Shown one piece after another: positions 60,916 through 64,000 of a stretch of DNA of 64,000 nt. The notes under the pieces are model-generated. The model was not told where the DNA came from. It saw nothing but the letters and a program-made list of their open reading frames with translations, and did no database searches. A program made the position numbers and the translations under genes. The stretch covers positions 448,001 to 512,000 of the forward strand of contig OZ219866.1 in assembly GCA_964291675.2 (NCBI GenBank), read 5' to 3'. The first letter of the stretch is position 1. Each line of letters starts with the position of its first letter. Source of the stretch: Alphaproteobacteria bacterium. Lineage in GTDB: Bacteria > Pseudomonadota > Alphaproteobacteria > MPNO01.

Positions 60916-62229
60916 ATGGAATGGTACGAGGCCTTTGTGGTCATCATGGGCGGGCTGTTCGTCCTGATGTTCATCGGCCTGCCGGTGGCGTTCACCTTTC
61001 TCATCGTCAACCTGATCGGCGCCTATATCTTCTTCGGCGGCGTGCCGGGCATGCTGCAGCTGGTCATCCAGATCTCGGAATCGCTCACCACCTTCACCCT
61101 GGTGCCGGTCGCCCTGTTCCTGCTGATGGGCGAGATCATGTTCCACTCGGGCATCGGGTTCGACCTTCTCGATACCCTCGACAAGTGGTTCGGCCGGCTG
61201 CGCGGCCGCCTCGCCCTGATGGCGGTGGGGGGCGGCGTGCTGTTCTCGGCGCTGACCGGGAACAGCATGGGCAGCATCGCGCTGCTCGGCTCGACCCTGG
61301 TGCCGGAGATGGAGAAGCGCGGCTACCGCAAGCCGATGTCGCTCGGCCCGATCCTCGGCAGCGGCGGGCTTGCGATCATGATCCCGCCGAGCGGGCTCGC
61401 GGTGCTGCTGGGCGTCATCGCCGAGCTCTCCATCGGCCGGATCCTGATCGCCATCATCCTGCCGGGCGTCATCATGGCGGCGCTCTATGCCTGCTACATC
61501 GTCGGGCGCTGCGTGATCGACCCCGACGTCGCGCCGGCCTTCGAGGTCGAGCCCATCCCGTGGCCGGTCAAGCTCCGCGCCGGCGCGGCGCATGTCCTTC
61601 CGGTCGGCTTCATCATCTTCATGGTGGTCGGCGTGATCTTCGTCGGCCTGGCGACGCCGAGCGAGTCCGCGGCGTCGGGCGCGCTCGCCACCTTCCTGCT
61701 CGCGGTGTTCCGCCGGCGCATGACCTGGGAGGTGTTCCGCAAGGCCATCGTCGGCAGCCTCGAGATCTCGGTGATGCTGCTGCTGATCATCTCCGGCGCG
61801 CTGGCGTTCACCCAGATGCTCGCCTTCACCGGGGCGACGGAGGGCCTGGTCGATACGGTGCTGGGCATCGACGCCGGGCCGATCGCCGTCGTCCTGCTGA
61901 TGATCGTCACCGTTGTCGTGCTGGGGATGGTGATGGGTCCGGTGCCGATCATGCTGGTCACCCTGCCGGTCTTCGTGCCGGTGGTGGATCAGCTTGGCTA
62001 CGATCCGATCTGGTTCGCGGTGCTGTACTTGATCGCCATCGAGACCGGGTCGACCTCGCCTCCGTTCGGGGCGGGGCTGTTCGTCATGAAAGGCGTCGCG
62101 CCGGCCGGCACCACGATGAACGAGATCTACCGCGCGGCCATCCCCTTCCTGGTCTGCGACGTTATCGCCATCCTGATCGTGCTGGCCTTCCCGGCGATCG
62201 TCGCCTGGCCGCTGGCGCAGATGTTCTGA
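60916..62229 (+). CDS. TRAP transporter large permease (DctM)
   Basis: LFLLMGE, GGLAIMIPPS, ATPSES, SPPFG. Confidence 0.92.
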   Translation: MEWYEAFVVIMGGLFVLMFIGLPVAFTFLIVNLIGAYIFFGGVPGMLQLVIQISESLTTFTLVPVALFLLMGEIMFHSGIGFDLLDTLDKWFGRLRGRLALMAVGGGVLFSALTGNSMGSIALLGSTLVPEMEKRGYRKPMSLGPILGSGGLAIMIPPSGLAVLLGVIAELSIGRILIAIILPGVIMAALYACYIVGRCVIDPDVAPAFEVEPIPWPVKLRAGAAHVLPVGFIIFMVVGVIFVGLATPSESAASGALATFLLAVFRRRMTWEVFRKAIVGSLEISVMLLLIISGALAFTQMLAFTGATEGLVDTVLGIDAGPIAVVLLMIVTVVVLGMVMGPVPIMLVTLPVFVPVVDQLGYDPIWFAVLYLIAIETGSTSPPFGAGLFVMKGVAPAGTTMNEIYRAAIPFLVCDVIAILIVLAFPAIVAWPLAQMF

Positions 62230-62239
62230 GAGGTCCCCG

Positions 62240-63133
62240 ATGTACGTCACCATGCTCGGCACCGGAGCCCCGTTTCCCGACCCGAACCGGGCGCAGTCCG
62301 GCATCCTGGTCACGCTGGAGAACGGCGCGCGCTACATGTTCGACTGCGGCAACGGCACGGTGCGCAACATGGTCGCCGCCAACGCCAGCCCGACCGAGGT
62401 GAAGGCGGTGTTCCTGACCCATCTCCACCACGACCATATCTGCGACTTACCGCTATTCACCATCGCCGGGTGGATGTGGGACCGGCCCGACTCGCCGGTC
62501 GTGCTGGGCCCCAAGGGGACCGGGCATTTCTGCAAGATGCTGTTCGAGGGCGGCGCCTTCGATGCCGATTTCCGGGCGCGCAGCGCCTACCCGCTGAGGC
62601 AGCAAAACCTCGCCGCCATGCGGCCCGACGTGCGGGAGGTCGAGCCCGGCCTGGCCTATCGGGACGACGATGTCCGCATCCATTGCGATCACGTCGAGCA
62701 CATCCCGCGCGAGATCAGCGAGTGCTTCGGCCTGCGCTTCGAGGCCGAGGGCAAGGCGGTCGCGTTCTCCGGCGACACCGCGCCCTGCGAGGCGGTCGTG
62801 CGGCTGGCCCGCGACGCGGACGTGCTGATCCACGAATGCACGTTTCCCCAGGCCTTCATCGATTTCCGCACGCGCGCCGGGGTCGGCACCTTCGCCCACA
62901 CCCCGCCGGAGGATCTCGGCCGGATCGCGCGCGACGCCGGCGTCAAGCTGCTGGTGGCCACCCATTTCGGACACTTCGATTCGACCAACCCGGTGATCCG
63001 CAGGGAGTCCACCAACCACTACCCGGTCGATCTCATGGGGCCGCATCTGATGGACGAGGTGGTGCACGACATACGCAGGCACTATTCCGGCCCGCTGATG
63101 ACGGCCTATGATCTGATGAGAGTGAACCTGTAG
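62240..63133 (+). CDS. MBL-fold hydrolase, RNase Z/arylsulfatase-like
   Basis: LGTG, FDCG, THLHHDH, SGDT, HEC, THF. Confidence 0.88.
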   Translation: MYVTMLGTGAPFPDPNRAQSGILVTLENGARYMFDCGNGTVRNMVAANASPTEVKAVFLTHLHHDHICDLPLFTIAGWMWDRPDSPVVLGPKGTGHFCKMLFEGGAFDADFRARSAYPLRQQNLAAMRPDVREVEPGLAYRDDDVRIHCDHVEHIPREISECFGLRFEAEGKAVAFSGDTAPCEAVVRLARDADVLIHECTFPQAFIDFRTRAGVGTFAHTPPEDLGRIARDAGVKLLVATHFGHFDSTNPVIRRESTNHYPVDLMGPHLMDEVVHDIRRHYSGPLMTAYDLMRVNL

Positions 63134-63172
63134 CGCTCATGCGCTTCGAGAGCTCCGAAAGGGAGACGAGAC

Positions 63173-64000
63173 ATGAAGTTCCTGGCGACAACCGCAATCG
63201 CCGCCGCCGTCCTCGCGGCGGGCGCCTCGGCGCAGACCGTCAGCATCGGCACCAACCCGCAGGGCTCGCTCGCCTACGCGACCGGCGCCGGCGTCGCCAA
63301 GGTGGCGATCGAGGACGCCGGGGTGAAGATGCGCGTCGTGCCGCAGGGCGGGCCGGTGGTGACGCTGCCGCTGCTCAATGACGGCGAGCTCGACTTCACC
63401 ATCTCGGTCAGCGTGGTCACCGCCTTCGCCAGGTCGGGCGGCGCCATGTTCAAGGGCCGCAAGCAGGAGAACGTCCGCGTCGTCGCCTCGCTGTTCCCGC
63501 TGGTGGTCGGCTGGTACGTGCGCGACGACTCGCCGATCAAGACCCTCGGCGACCTCAGGGGCAAGCGCGTGCCCTCGCGCTACACCAAGCAGAAGATCGC
63601 CGGGCTGTTCGCCCGCGCGCTGATGGCGACCGCCGGGGTGACGGAGAAGGACGTGAAGGGCGTTCCCGTGCCCAACGGCGTGCGCGGGGTGCAGGACTTC
63701 ATGGAAGGCAAGGTCGACGCGGCCAACTTCTCGCTGTCCTCGGGCAAGACCCGCCAGGCCCATGCCGCGGTCGGCGGCATCCGCGTGCTGTCGGCGGAGA
63801 TCAACGACAAGACCCAGGCGATTCTGCGCAAGATCGCCCCGGGCGCGGTGCTGGGCACCATCCAGCCCTCGGCGGAATATCCCGGCGTCAAGGGTCCGAC
63901 CAACACGCTGATCGCGCCCTTCATCGTCAACGCCAGCACCGGGACACCGGACGAGACCGTGTACGAGGTGGTCAAGGCGCTGCATGCCAACAAGAAGAAG
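63173..64000 (+). CDS. TAXI-family TRAP solute-binding protein (3' end runs off the window)
   Basis: Hand translation from ATG 63173 (GGGAG RBS): MKFLATTAIAAAVLAAGASAQTVSIGTNPQGSLAY...SPIKTLGDLRGKRV...TVYEVVKALH. Not in ORF track because incomplete. Confidence 0.82.
   Translation, partial: MKFLATTAIAAAVLAAGASAQTVSIGTNPQGSLAYATGAGVAKVAIEDAGVKMRVVPQGGPVVTLPLLNDGELDFTISVSVVTAFARSGGAMFKGRKQENVRVVASLFPLVVGWYVRDDSPIKTLGDLRGKRVPSRYTKQKIAGLFARALMATAGVTEKDVKGVPVPNGVRGVQDFMEGKVDAANFSLSSGKTRQAHAAVGGIRVLSAEINDKTQAILRKIAPGAVLGTIQPSAEYPGVKGPTNTLIAPFIVNASTGTPDETVYEVVKALHANKKK

Overview
Very GC-rich chromosomal segment of an alphaproteobacterium (Rhodospirillales-like: F1-only atpHAGDC operon, class I LysRS, J-domain-cobS-cobT/bolA locus, zapE-mdh-sucCDAB-lpdA). 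Most of it is housekeeping backbone: atpHAGDC; rplU-rpmA-obgE-proB-proA-nadD / rsfS-rlmH-envC-ctpA-rppH; priA, transaldolase, DUF484-xerC; TCA genes; DinG helicase; lysS; rpmB. Four accessory modules are embedded. (1) A tightly coupled pyrK-pyrD(class 1B)-M20 N-carbamoylase-pyrC-pyrE operon followed by an NMT1/TauA-type ABC importer; this looks like an orotate uptake/reductive catabolism and salvage pathway rather than ordinary de novo synthesis, and is my best candidate for an undescribed system. (2) An intact four-gene CP-ATP-grasp / alpha-E / transglutaminase / Anbu operon of unresolved function. (3) A TauD dioxygenase plus TRAP cassette inserted between nadD and rsfS. (4) A TRAP plus MBL-hydrolase plus TAXI cluster at the right edge. 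Fine-scale features include a single-base frameshift in ctpA, probable non-canonical starts (CTG for nadD, ATA for rsfS), several candidate leaderless genes and a nested REP-like palindrome. I saw no tRNA, rRNA, CRISPR array, transposase or prophage gene. All calls are from motif recognition by eye; no database search was run.
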